From an uncultured Candidatus Rokubacteria bacterium (GTDB lineage: Bacteria > Methylomirabilota > Methylomirabilia > Rokubacteriales > CSP1-6), in NCBI GenBank assembly GCA_963754315.1, contig CAVWFS010000008.1, forward strand, positions 576,001 to 640,000: DNA of 64,000 bases, written 5' to 3'. Positions 31,361-41,085 of the stretch are shown piece after piece; position 1 is the stretch's first letter, and the number at the start of each line of letters is the position of its first letter. The translations under genes were made by a program, and so were the position numbers. The notes beneath the pieces were generated by a model. It was not told the DNA's origin. It worked only from the letters and a program-made list of their open reading frames with translations, and ran no database searches.

Positions 31361-32464
31361 GACAGGCCGATGGCGCGCGCGATGGCTTCCTGGTGCAGGG
31401 GGCCATCGCCGAAGTCGAGGCGGCGCCGCGATGATGCGCTTGTGGAAACGGTGCAGCGAGTGCTCCTCGCAGTAGCTGATGGCACCGAACACCTGGTGCG
31501 CCTTGCGGGCGACGGCGAGACACGCATCACCCACATAGCTCTTGGCCATGGCGACCGCGGGGGCGACCTCGAGGCCTTGCTCGACCTTCCACGCCGCGCT
31601 GTAGAGCAGCGGGCGCGCGCTCTCCACGTTGCGCAGCAGATCGGCGCACGCGTGCTGAATGGCCTGGAAGGCGCCGATGGGCCGTCCCGATTGCACGCGC
31701 GATTTGGCGTGCTCGACCACCAAATCCAGGATGTGCTGGGCGCAGCCGAGCATCTCGGCGCTGCGCCCGAGAGCGCCCAGACGCACGGCCTGCGCCAGAG
31801 CGTCGGCCCCTTGACCCGGCGCACCCAGGACATCACCAGGGGAGATCCTCACCTCCTCGAAGCTGACCTCGAAGAGCCTCTCGTCCGTCATCGACGGCAT
31901 GGGGGTCACGGTAATCCCGGGTCGGGCGGTCTCCAGGAGGATCAGGCTGGGGCCGGCCCCCTGACGCGCCACCACGAGCAGATAGTGGGCAAGGTGGGCG
32001 TCCTTGACGAATAGCTTGCGCCCGCTGAGCCGCTCCCCATCCACGCGAGTGGTCATGGCTTCCGGCATCAGCTCGCCGCTCTCCTCGAGAAGCGCGAGCG
32101 CGCACCGCCGCTCTCCGTTGGCCAGGGCGGGCAGGAGCGCCCCTCGCTGCGCATCGCTGCCGGCGGTGGCGATGAGTGACGTGGCGACCACTGCGCTGTG
32201 CAAATAGGGTCCCGGGAGACAGACGCGGCCCATCTCCTCCAGAAGCAGCATCACGTCGAGCAGCGAGCCCTCGCTGCCTCCGAACTCGCCGGGCACCAGC
32301 AATCCGGTCCAACCGAGCTCTGCCATCGCGCGCCAGAGATGGTCTGGAAAGCTCCGCTCGTCCTTTGCGAGTTCGTCGAGGAGCTCCGGTGGGCAGTGTT
32401 TGCGCAGGAAGTCCCGCGCGGTGGCCACGAGAAGCTCCTGGTCGTCGCCGAGTCGGAAATCCAT
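31357..32464 (-). CDS. acyl-CoA dehydrogenase family protein; frameshift near 31420
   Basis: MDFRL.DDQ..L...ELGW.GL.VP...GG...GRKLFV...RVQSGRPIGAFQAIQH.CAD...AHQVFGAI; the C-terminus LDFGDG...AIGLS is in a shifted frame. Confidence 0.88.
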
Positions 32465-32472
32465 GGCGTGCT

Positions 32473-33660
32473 TCAGGGCCGCCCGCTGGGAAGCCCGAGG
32501 CCGCGGGTGGCCACGGTGGAACGCAGGATCTCCGAGGTCCCGCCTGCGATCGTGTGGCCGAGGCTCGTCAGATAGGCGTGCGGGATCTCGCCGCCCAAGG
32601 GTGCTCGTGGAGACTCCGGCCGGAGGGTCCCATGAGGGCCGACCAGGTCCAGGGCGAAAGCCGCGAGCTTCTGGCCGAGCTCATCGGCCATGACCTTGGC
32701 CAGCGCCGACTCGTAGCGTACGGCGTGGCCTTCCTGGATCAGCCAGCCAATGCGATAGAACAGCAGGCGCAGCGCCTCGATCTCTGTGGCCAGGGTGGCC
32801 AGCGCACGGCGAAGTCCTCCATCGCGCGCGAGGAGCGTGCCGCCCCGGGTGGTCGTGTTGGCGTACTCGACGAGGGCTCCGAGCAGGCGTTTCAGGGCAG
32901 GGGCCTTGTAGAAGCGGCCCCAGAAGCGATCGGTGTCCAGGCCCTTCAGGAGTTGCACGAATCCCTCGCCCTCCCGACCTAGCCGGAAGGCGACGGGTAC
33001 TCGCACCTCATCGAGGAACACCTCGTAGTGATAGACCTCTCCGGTGAGGCTCCGGATGGGACGAACGTCCATGCCCTTGGTGCTGTTGGCGACCACCAGC
33101 ATGCTCAGTCCGTGCGACCGGCGTGACTCGTGGCTCGTGCGCGCGAGAACGAGTCCGTAGTCCGCAAGCCCGGCGTGGCTGCTCCAGATCTTGTGGCCAC
33201 GCACGACGTAATGATCGCCGTCACGCCGGGCCTCTGTCTTGAGGGCAAGCAGGTCGGAGCCTGCCTCGGGCTCACTGAAGCCTTGCCAGAAGGTTGCTTC
33301 CCCACGCCCGATGCGCGGCAGCAGCTCCTCCTGGAGCGCGGGGGATCCGTAGCGAATGATGGCGTCGGCCGTCTGATCGCAGGCGGCGAGGGGACCGAAC
33401 GGTGCACCGACCAGGGCCAGCTCTTCCATCAGAATGAGCCTGAGCATCATTGGTCGTTCTTGCCCTCCGAAGCGACGCGGCCAGCCCATGCTGAGCCATC
33501 CCCGCTCCGCCAGGGCACGCAAGAACGCGTGCGACACGGCCCCCGACCCGTACCCAGCGTCCATGCCGTCGCGTGGAAAGGTGTCGGCGGGTCGCTGGCG
33601 CAGGAACTCGCGAACCTCTTCGGCAAAGGCTCGCTCGTCAGGGCTGAAGCCGAACTCCAT
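32473..33660 (-). CDS. acyl-CoA dehydrogenase family protein
   Basis: QGFSEPEAGSDL, GHKIWSS, EVFLDEVRVP, TIAGGTSEILR. Confidence 0.92.
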   Translation of the reverse strand: MEFGFSPDERAFAEEVREFLRQRPADTFPRDGMDAGYGSGAVSHAFLRALAERGWLSMGWPRRFGGQERPMMLRLILMEELALVGAPFGPLAACDQTADAIIRYGSPALQEELLPRIGRGEATFWQGFSEPEAGSDLLALKTEARRDGDHYVVRGHKIWSSHAGLADYGLVLARTSHESRRSHGLSMLVVANSTKGMDVRPIRSLTGEVYHYEVFLDEVRVPVAFRLGREGEGFVQLLKGLDTDRFWGRFYKAPALKRLLGALVEYANTTTRGGTLLARDGGLRRALATLATEIEALRLLFYRIGWLIQEGHAVRYESALAKVMADELGQKLAAFALDLVGPHGTLRPESPRAPLGGEIPHAYLTSLGHTIAGGTSEILRSTVATRGLGLPSGRP

Positions 33661-33725
33661 GATGTTCTCCTCGCGCGGGGATTCTACACTCCTCGGCGGC
33701 CACGAAACGCGGTACTCTGAGCCTG

Positions 33726-36050
33726 GTGATCGGGACCTCTCCGCGCCGCAAGGAAGACCGCCGCCTCCTCGTCGGCGCCGGCCGCTTCGTCGACGACCTC
33801 ACGCGTCCTGACCTGGTATGCCTGGCCATGGTGCGCAGCCGCGAACCTCACGCGCGCGTGGTCCGCATCGCCACCGAAGCCGCCCGGGCTGGCCCCGGGG
33901 TGGTTGCGGTGTGGACGGGGGCTGACCTCGACGACGTGGCCTCGACCATTCCAGCCGCATACGGCGGCGTTCACAAGGGTCGGCCCTTCGTCGAGCCCAT
34001 TCTTCCCCGCCACATCGTGCGCTACGTGGGTGAGGTGATCGCGGTGGTCATCGCCACCGACGCCGGATGCCTGGCCGACGCCGTGGAACTGGTCACGGTC
34101 GATTACGCGCCCCTGCCGCCGCTCCTGTCGCCGGCGAGCGCGCTCCACGCTCCGACGCGCCTGCACGAGGGATGGCCCGACAACGCTGCGCTGGTGGCCC
34201 GTGGTCTCACGGGCGACGTCGACCAGGGCTTCAGCGCGGCTGACCTCGTGGTCCAGGAACGTTTCCGCCATCCCCGCTTGAGCGGGATGGCGCTCGAAAC
34301 TCGCGGCGCCCTCGCATTGCCCGATCGTGAGTCGGGCGAGCTGGTCGTCTATGCGTCGCACCAGAATCCCTACCGGCTCCGTGACGCGATCGCCGCCGTC
34401 CTCGGACTTCCCAGCGAGCTCGTACGGGTGGTGATGCCCGACGTGGGCGGCGGCTTCGGGCCGAAGGGATCAATCTACGTGGAAGAGATTCTGGTGGCGG
34501 CGGCCGCGCGGCGGCTTGATCGGCCCGTCAAGTGGGTGGAGTCGCGTCGTGAGCATCTGATGTCGACCGGCCACGACCGCGACCAGCACCACGAAATCCG
34601 CGCAGGCTTCCGGCGCGACGGGACCATTGCCGCCATCGACAGCACGTTCCTCGCCGACGTGGGCGCCTATCCGGTCGAAGGGGACGGTCTCACCCTGAAT
34701 ACGGTGAATCACCTGTGCGCGCCCTACCGCGTCGCCCACTACCGAAGCGTGGGGACGAGCGTGGTGACCAACAAGACACCCAACGCGGCTTACCGGGGCG
34801 CTGGTCGTCCCGAGGCCGCCTTCGTGATGGAGCGCCTGCTCGACGTGGCCGCCCGCCGCCTGGGGCTCGACCCCGCCGAGATCCGCCGGCGCAATCTCAT
34901 TCGCCAGCCCGAGATGCCGTACCGGCCTGGTCTCACGTACAAGGACGGCGTTCCCATCCAGTACGATCCGGGTGACTTCGAGGCCGCCTTCGATCGTGCG
35001 CTCACCCTGCTCGACTACAAGGAGTGGCGCGCGCGCCAGACGCGACAGAAGGCGGCCACCCGCCGTATCGGCCTCGGGTTGGCATGCTACCTTCAGGGCT
35101 CCGGTCTCGGGCCGTACGAAGGCGCCACCGTGCGAGTGGATCCGAGCGGGAAGGTCTACGTCTATATCGGTGTGGCCGCGCAGGGACAAGGACACGCTAC
35201 AACCTTGGCCCAGATCGCGGCCACGGAGATCGGGACGGCCCTGGACGACGTCATCGTCGTGGCCGGTGACACGACACAGTTTCCGTTCGGGATGGGCACC
35301 GGGGGCAGTCGGGTGACGGCCAACGCGGGGCCGGCCGTGGCGCGCACCGCGCGCGAGGTCCGGGCGCGGGCGGCGGCGGTGGCCGCCGAGGTGCTCGAGT
35401 GCGCGTCGGAGGACGTTCGCATCGAGAACGGAGCGGCCCACGTCGTCGGCGCGCCCACGCGGGCGGTGACGCTCGGCCGACTCGCCCATGCTGCCATCAA
35501 GGCCAAGTCGCTCGTGCGGAAGGCGGGCGAGCCGGGGCTGAACGCCTGCACCTATTTCGCGCCGGAGACAGTGACCTGGGCCTTTGGTACCCAAGCGGCC
35601 GTGGTGGAGGTCGATCTCGAGACATGCGTCACCACGCTCCTGCGCTACGTGGTCGTGCACGATCCCGGGCGTGCCATCAATCCCGCCATTGTCGAAGGAC
35701 AGCTCCAGGGTGGTGCCGTGCAGGGACTGGCAGCCGGGCTCCTCGAGGAGGTCATCTACGACGACCATGGTCAGCTCGTGAGCGGAAGCCTGATGGACTA
35801 CCCTCTCCCACGCGCTGACGATCTCCCGTTCATCCCGGTCGCGCTCGAGGAGCATCGCTCCATGATCAACGACCTCGGCGTCAAGGGCGTGGGGGAGAGC
35901 GGGGCCATTCCCGGGGCGGCGGCCATCGCCAATGCCGTCGAAGATGCCGTGGCCGACCTCGGGGTGACCATCCGGGAGGTCCCGGTCACGCCAGCGCGCT
36001 TGTTCGCGTTGCTGGAGGCGACGCGGCGCGTCTCCCTCAGCCCGTCTTGA
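33726..36050 (+). CDS. xanthine dehydrogenase family Mo-binding subunit (CoxL form II-like)
   Basis: RKEDRRLL.G.G.FVDD, VGGGFGPKG, AYRGAGRPE, QGQGH.T, INPAIVEGQ..GG, KGVGESG. Confidence 0.92.
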   Translation: MIGTSPRRKEDRRLLVGAGRFVDDLTRPDLVCLAMVRSREPHARVVRIATEAARAGPGVVAVWTGADLDDVASTIPAAYGGVHKGRPFVEPILPRHIVRYVGEVIAVVIATDAGCLADAVELVTVDYAPLPPLLSPASALHAPTRLHEGWPDNAALVARGLTGDVDQGFSAADLVVQERFRHPRLSGMALETRGALALPDRESGELVVYASHQNPYRLRDAIAAVLGLPSELVRVVMPDVGGGFGPKGSIYVEEILVAAAARRLDRPVKWVESRREHLMSTGHDRDQHHEIRAGFRRDGTIAAIDSTFLADVGAYPVEGDGLTLNTVNHLCAPYRVAHYRSVGTSVVTNKTPNAAYRGAGRPEAAFVMERLLDVAARRLGLDPAEIRRRNLIRQPEMPYRPGLTYKDGVPIQYDPGDFEAAFDRALTLLDYKEWRARQTRQKAATRRIGLGLACYLQGSGLGPYEGATVRVDPSGKVYVYIGVAAQGQGHATTLAQIAATEIGTALDDVIVVAGDTTQFPFGMGTGGSRVTANAGPAVARTAREVRARAAAVAAEVLECASEDVRIENGAAHVVGAPTRAVTLGRLAHAAIKAKSLVRKAGEPGLNACTYFAPETVTWAFGTQAAVVEVDLETCVTTLLRYVVVHDPGRAINPAIVEGQLQGGAVQGLAAGLLEEVIYDDHGQLVSGSLMDYPLPRADDLPFIPVALEEHRSMINDLGVKGVGESGAIPGAAAIANAVEDAVADLGVTIREVPVTPARLFALLEATRRVSLSPS

Positions 36051-36942
36051 AGAGCACCCCGACGTCGAGGTCGGGGTTCAGATGTGCCAGATCATCCGTG
36101 ATGGCCCGACGAACATCCTCCATCTCGCGCGCGGGTCGCTCGGGATCCAGGAAGAAGGAGACGAGGACGAAGATTCGGCTGCCGGCCTTTCGGACGCGCA
36201 CCCACTCCAGGCCTTTGAGATGGAATCGCTCCACAATCGCTCGCGCCGATTCCTCGACGGCGTTCACGGTCTCCGCGTACGGATTGGCGTCGACCAGGTC
36301 CGACAAGCTCTCCTTGAGAATGTCGTAGGGCTTTCGCAACAGAATGACCGACAGGATGATGCAGACGATGGGGTCCACGTACGAGCTGGCTTCCAGGTGT
36401 CCCCAATGCTTCATGATCTCCGAAACGGCGAACGCCACGCAGACTCCCAGCGCCAGCCAGCCCTCCACGATCCATAGCTCGGCCTCGGCCTGGACGAGCT
36501 GAGAAGTCGTGCGGCGCCCGACGCGCTTCATCCAGGCCCCAAAGACGACCGACACCAGGAAGCTGAACAGCGAGTACACGATAACGAGGCGCGTATTCGC
36601 GACGGGGTCAGGGTGAATGAGGTCCCGGATGGCATAGCCGGCGGCGCTCGCGCAGACGGCGGTCACCAGGACGCCTTCGACGGTGGTCATGAGCGGCTCG
36701 TACTTGGCGTAGCCGAAGTGGTAGTGGCGGTCGGCCGGCTGATGAACCTTGCGGATGACGAAGATGCACAAGACGGAGATGACAACGTCGACCACCCCCG
36801 ACATCGCCTCCAGGGTCATGGTCTCCGAGTCGGAGAACAGCGCGATGATCACGGCGCCGACGGCGAAGGCGACGGTCAGGACGGAGGACACCCGAAGGGC
36901 GTCGATCTCCGACCGTGCTCTCGTCTCGCGGCCGACGTCCAT
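36037..36942 (-). CDS. cation diffusion facilitator (CDF) family transporter
   Basis: Six hydrophobic segments, PAD..Y.FGY.K.EPL motif, C-terminal RVRKAG..IFV cytoplasmic domain. Confidence 0.82.
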   Translation of the reverse strand: MDVGRETRARSEIDALRVSSVLTVAFAVGAVIIALFSDSETMTLEAMSGVVDVVISVLCIFVIRKVHQPADRHYHFGYAKYEPLMTTVEGVLVTAVCASAAGYAIRDLIHPDPVANTRLVIVYSLFSFLVSVVFGAWMKRVGRRTTSQLVQAEAELWIVEGWLALGVCVAFAVSEIMKHWGHLEASSYVDPIVCIILSVILLRKPYDILKESLSDLVDANPYAETVNAVEESARAIVERFHLKGLEWVRVRKAGSRIFVLVSFFLDPERPAREMEDVRRAITDDLAHLNPDLDVGVLFKTG

Positions 36943-36972
36943 CCTTCCCTGGCCCTGGCTCGAGAGCCTCTC

Positions 36973-37800
36973 CTATTTCAGGAGCGCGCGCACGAGCTCG
37001 TCGACGGGGGGAGGCGTCGCGTCTTTGTAAGCCTCGAGACGTCGGTAGATCTCGGCCGAGGCCTGGTGGAATCCGTCCGGCAGGCCGGCGCTGGCGAAGG
37101 TGGCCGCGATCTCTTCCATTTCCCCCACGAAACGCCACGCCTTGCGCGCATTGCCCTTGGCCGCCCCTTCGGACCGCGCGGGCAAGTCGGGTTGGGAGAG
37201 CGACCACTCCCGCAGCAGGGCCGCATCGACACCCTCGGCGGCGGCCAGGGCACGGACGGCGAGAAGGAGCGCCGCGCTGCCTTTGGTCCACCCGGCGTAA
37301 GCCATCTTGAGCGCGGAGGCTGCTCCCGGGCCGCCATCCACCACCCGCGCCTCGAGCGCGCTGCCTTCGAAGAGGGCGGCCACGCGAGAAGCGCTGTCGC
37401 CGGACAGGTACAGGCGCGTAGAACCCCGTGCCTGGGGCGGCGGGCCAATGATTCCCCCGTCCACGAAGATCGCGCCGGCCTTCTCGATGACGGCGCCGAG
37501 CTCCCGAGCCGTGGCAGGCGATACGGCGTTGGCATCGACAAAGATCCCCCGGAAGCCAAGATCCCCCACCTCACGCGCCACGTCCACCGCCGCATGCGGA
37601 GGGCACACCGAGAGGATCACGTCGCTGGCGGTCACCAATGCCGCCAGGCTTCCCGCATCCTCCAGACCGGCGGTGCGCGCCCGCGCCTGGGTGCTTGCTC
37701 CTCGCCCCCTCGCCGACCACAGCACCCGCGCCCCGCTTGCCCGCGCGGCCATCCCCACCATGCTGCCCATTTCTCCGGGATGAAGCAGACCGATCGTCAT
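36973..37800 (-). CDS. NAD(P)-dependent oxidoreductase, 6PGD/beta-hydroxyacid dehydrogenase-like (DUF1932)
   Basis: IGLLHPGEMG, DANAVSP, DGGIIGPPP, ASALKMAYAG..KG, KAWRFVGEMEEIA. Confidence 0.85.
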   Translation of the reverse strand: MTIGLLHPGEMGSMVGMAARASGARVLWSARGRGASTQARARTAGLEDAGSLAALVTASDVILSVCPPHAAVDVAREVGDLGFRGIFVDANAVSPATARELGAVIEKAGAIFVDGGIIGPPPQARGSTRLYLSGDSASRVAALFEGSALEARVVDGGPGAASALKMAYAGWTKGSAALLLAVRALAAAEGVDAALLREWSLSQPDLPARSEGAAKGNARKAWRFVGEMEEIAATFASAGLPDGFHQASAEIYRRLEAYKDATPPPVDELVRALLK

Positions 37801-37892
37801 CTCAGTTCCTCCTTGTCCGTTCGCATCATCTCCACGGCACTGCCCCGCCCCACCGGTTCAGATACGTCGTCTCCGAGGTTGGCTCCAGGCGC

Positions 37893-37907
37893 TTTACAGA
37901 ACTTTAC
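37893..37907 (+). promoter_or_regulatory. CpxR/OmpR-family direct-repeat binding box
   Basis: TTTAC-AGAAC-TTTAC, the reverse complement of GTAAA-N5-GTAAA, 58 nt upstream of the Spy/CpxP-like gene. Confidence 0.7.
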
Positions 37908-37965
37908 CTCGGCCACACAGGGGATTAACAGAGGGGGCGCATATTCGTCGACAGAGGAGGACATC

Positions 37966-38412
37966 ATGAAGCGACGCACGATCATCGGAATGGTAGCGGT
38001 CTTGGCGAGCGGGGCCCTGGTGGGTGCCACCGCGTTCGCCTTCGGCGGTCCCACGCACCGCGCGAGCGTGATGAAGCGATTCGTGGCAGCCGCCATCGAC
38101 GATGCCCTGGAAGGCGCCGCGGTCACCCCTGAGCAGCGGGCCGTCATCTATGCGGCGCGCGACCGCGTCTTTGCCGCCGCGGAGGAGCACCGGACGGCGC
38201 GTCGCTCACGGCTGGAGGAGGTCCTTCGTCTCTTCGAGGCGGACGAGATCGACGCTGCCCAGGTTGCAGCCCTGCGGCAGCGGGGTGAGGAGAACCATAA
38301 GAAGCTCGCGGATACGGTCAGCCAGGCTATCCACGAGGTCCACGACGTCCTCACCCCCGGCCAGCGCAAGGTGGTGGCCGATTATGTGCGCTCCCACAGG
38401 CCTCACATGTGA
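37966..38412 (+). CDS. Spy/CpxP-family periplasmic protein
   Basis: Signal peptide MKRRTIIGMVAVLASGALVGATAFA; two LTxxQ-like motifs (VTPEQ, LTPGQ); GAGGAGG RBS. Confidence 0.8.
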   Translation: MKRRTIIGMVAVLASGALVGATAFAFGGPTHRASVMKRFVAAAIDDALEGAAVTPEQRAVIYAARDRVFAAAEEHRTARRSRLEEVLRLFEADEIDAAQVAALRQRGEENHKKLADTVSQAIHEVHDVLTPGQRKVVADYVRSHRPHM

Positions 38413-38429
38413 GCTGATACCGTAACGGC

Positions 38430-39143
38430 ATGGCAGGGCCTGTGGCCGCGCTCCTCATCGAGGACGATGCCCGCCTGGGGGCGATGGTGACCGAGTATCT
38501 CGGCAGACACGAGGTCGAGGTCACCGTCGCCGCCGATGGGGAGCGCGGCCTGGCCGCGCTCGCGCATCGCCGTTTCGACGTGGTGCTGCTCGATGTGATG
38601 CTGCCCGGGATCGATGGCTTCGAGGTCTGCCGCCGCCTGCGCGCGGCCGCCCAGAGCGCCACCGTCCCCATCATCATGCTGACAGCTCGCGGCGAGGATG
38701 TCGACCGCATCGTTGGCCTCGAGATCGGGGCCGACGACTACCTCGGGAAACCCTTCAACCCCCGCGAGCTGCTCGCGCGCATCCGTGCCGTCCTGCGTCG
38801 ATCGTCGCCAGCGACGCCGCCCCCAGGCCGGCCATTGCGCGTGGGGTCGCTCGAGATCGACTGGGACGCGCGCGAGGTGGCTCTCGAGGGCCGTCCGATC
38901 GTGCTGACCCGCTACGAGTTCGACCTGCTCGCGCTCCTGGCGCGAGCCGCCGGCCGGGTGCTCTCCCGCGATCAACTGCTCGATGCGTTGAAGGGGGAAG
39001 AGTACGAGGCGTTTGACCGCTCCATCGACGTGCACATCTCGAAGCTCCGGGCCAAGCTCGAGCGCAATCCCAAGGCTCCCCGCTACATCAAGACGGTGCG
39101 TGGCCTCGGCTACGTGTTCCTGCGCGGGGCGGACGGCGGGTGA
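38430..39143 (+). CDS. OmpR-family response regulator (CpxR-like)
   Basis: IEDD, LLDVMLPG.DG, LTARG, GADDY..KPF; winged-helix DRSIDVHISKLR.K...IKTVRG.GY. Confidence 0.95.
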   Translation: MAGPVAALLIEDDARLGAMVTEYLGRHEVEVTVAADGERGLAALAHRRFDVVLLDVMLPGIDGFEVCRRLRAAAQSATVPIIMLTARGEDVDRIVGLEIGADDYLGKPFNPRELLARIRAVLRRSSPATPPPGRPLRVGSLEIDWDAREVALEGRPIVLTRYEFDLLALLARAAGRVLSRDQLLDALKGEEYEAFDRSIDVHISKLRAKLERNPKAPRYIKTVRGLGYVFLRGADGG

Positions 39144-40527
39144 ATCGGCTCCACTTCCGGATCTATCTGCATTTCCTCGGGGTTCTCCTCGTGGTCGGCC
39201 TGCTCGCCACGCTTGTGTTCACCCTGGGAACGCGAGGGGTTCCCTGGCGCGACGTGGCCGAGCGGGGGGCGCGCCACGTGGCCTCGCTGATCGGCGAGGC
39301 GTGGAGCGACCAGGAGGTGCTAGCCCGTCGGCTCCAGCAGCTGCACGAGGATCTCGAGATCGACATGACGTTGCAAGATCTGGATGGCCGCGTGGTCGCC
39401 AAGGTCGGCAGGATCGTGCCCGCCCTCACCGTCGCGGAGACCGCCGAGCTTCGAGCTGGTAGGGTGATCGTCACGCGCCGTCCCGGCTGGTTCGTGGCGG
39501 CCCCCGTCCGGGACGCCGCGGATGAGGTGGTCGGCGTCCTGCGAGCGTCATCGCCCCGCCGCCTGGGCCCGCCCAGTCTGTTCGCCCCTTCCTCGTCGTG
39601 GTGGCTGTTCTCGTGATGGTGGCCCTCGCAACCATCCCGCTGGCGCGACGCATTGCCCGTCCCCTCGAGCGGCTCACCGAGGGGGCACGCCGGGTAGGTG
39701 GGGGGGAGCTCGGCTACCGCGTTCTCGACGACCCGGGAAAGGGCCGCTCGTGGTGGCGACCTTGGGCCAGACCCACCGACGAGCTGGCCCTTCTGACACG
39801 CGCCTTCAACGAGATGGCCGAGCGGGTCGAGCGTACGGTGCGGGGCCAGAAGGAACTGCTGGCAAACATCTCCCACGAGCTCCGCTCACCCTTGACCCGC
39901 CTGCGCCTGGCCCTGGAGCTCCTGCCCCGCTCGGGCGAGAATGCCGCCCGGTTTCGTGACGTGGAACGCGATCTCGCCGAGCTCGATCGACTGATCGACG
40001 ACGTGCTGACCACTGCTCGGCTCGAGGCGACCGGCCTTCCCGCGCATCTGGGTGAGGTGAACGCGCGACACCTTCTTCGCGAGATCGCCGAGCTGGCCCG
40101 TCACCATCCGCTGACGGACGGAATGGCCGTCACCGTGGCCGAAGGCCCTGAGATCCGGCTGATCGCGGACGAGGCCCTTCTGCGGCGCGCGCTCTGGAAC
40201 CTCGTGGAGAACGCCGCCAAGTACGGGGCGCCTCCCATCACCCTCGCCGCCTCACGCGAGGGTGATCAGATCCGCCTGAGCGTCAGCGACGATGGGCCCG
40301 GCATCAGCGCGGCGGATCGAGAGCGAGTGCTCGCCCCCTTTGTTCGTCTGGACGGCGCACGGACCCCAAGCCGGCCTGGCGAGCATCGCCAGGGGGTCGG
40401 TCTCGGTCTCACCCTGGTTTGCCGGGTTGCGGAGGTCCATGGCGGTACGGTGGTCATCACGCCTGCCGTGACCGGAGAGGGGCACGAGAAGGGTTGCCGA
40501 GTGACGATCACCCTGCCCGCGGAGTAA
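39140..40527 (+). CDS. HAMP-domain sensor histidine kinase (CpxA-like); frameshift near 39590
   Basis: TM1 in the first frame; TM2, HAMP, H-box ISHELRSPL, N-box NLVENA, DDGPGI and GLGL in the second frame. Confidence 0.9.
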
Positions 40528-40535
40528 GCTCGGGA

Positions 40536-41027
40536 CTACCCGCGGCCAGTGAGGCAGCCTTCGAGGAGCGCGAGCGCCTCGCGTGTGAATCGCCACATGT
40601 TGGCCTCCCGATCGGGCTGGCCGGTCTCGACCGTGATGACCCGCTCGACGGGGCCCGCCACGGCGATGCACGCGTGCCCGGCCGCATCACCGTAACGATT
40701 GCCGGTAGGACCAGAAGCCCCGGTTTCGCTCAAACCCCACGTGGTGCCGAGCAATTCCCGCACGGAGCGCGCCTTGAGCAGCGCATAGGGTTCCGAGCTC
40801 GAGCGCATTCCCGCCATGGCTTCATCGGGGACCCGCAGCAGGGCCCGCCGGGCCGCCTGCGTGTAGATGACACTCCCACCGAGGAAGTAGGCGGAGGCAC
40901 CGGGAACAGCGAGCAGAGCGGCCGAGATCAACCCTCCGGCCGACGACTCCGCCACGGCCACCGTCTGCCCGCGCGCCTTCAAGAGACCGCCTACCGTCGA
41001 GGCCATCGAGCTGAGGTCGTTCATCAT
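40536..41027 (-). CDS. cinA: CinA C-terminal / PncC (NMN deamidase) family protein
   Basis: VAVAESSAGGLI...PGASAYF.G...Y...ETGASGP; AAGGAG RBS. Confidence 0.85.
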   Translation of the reverse strand: MMNDLSSMASTVGGLLKARGQTVAVAESSAGGLISAALLAVPGASAYFLGGSVIYTQAARRALLRVPDEAMAGMRSSSEPYALLKARSVRELLGTTWGLSETGASGPTGNRYGDAAGHACIAVAGPVERVITVETGQPDREANMWRFTREALALLEGCLTGRG

Positions 41028-41085
41028 GGGCTCCTTGTTTGAGGCGAGAGTACCCGAAGTCCTGGGCATGTGAGAAGATTCCGAC

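Noticed and set aside
36613..38412. 599-aa ORF
   Set aside because: Only the last 148 codons (from ATG 37966, with RBS) look like a real protein. The rest is antisense shadow of the CDF and oxidoreductase genes.
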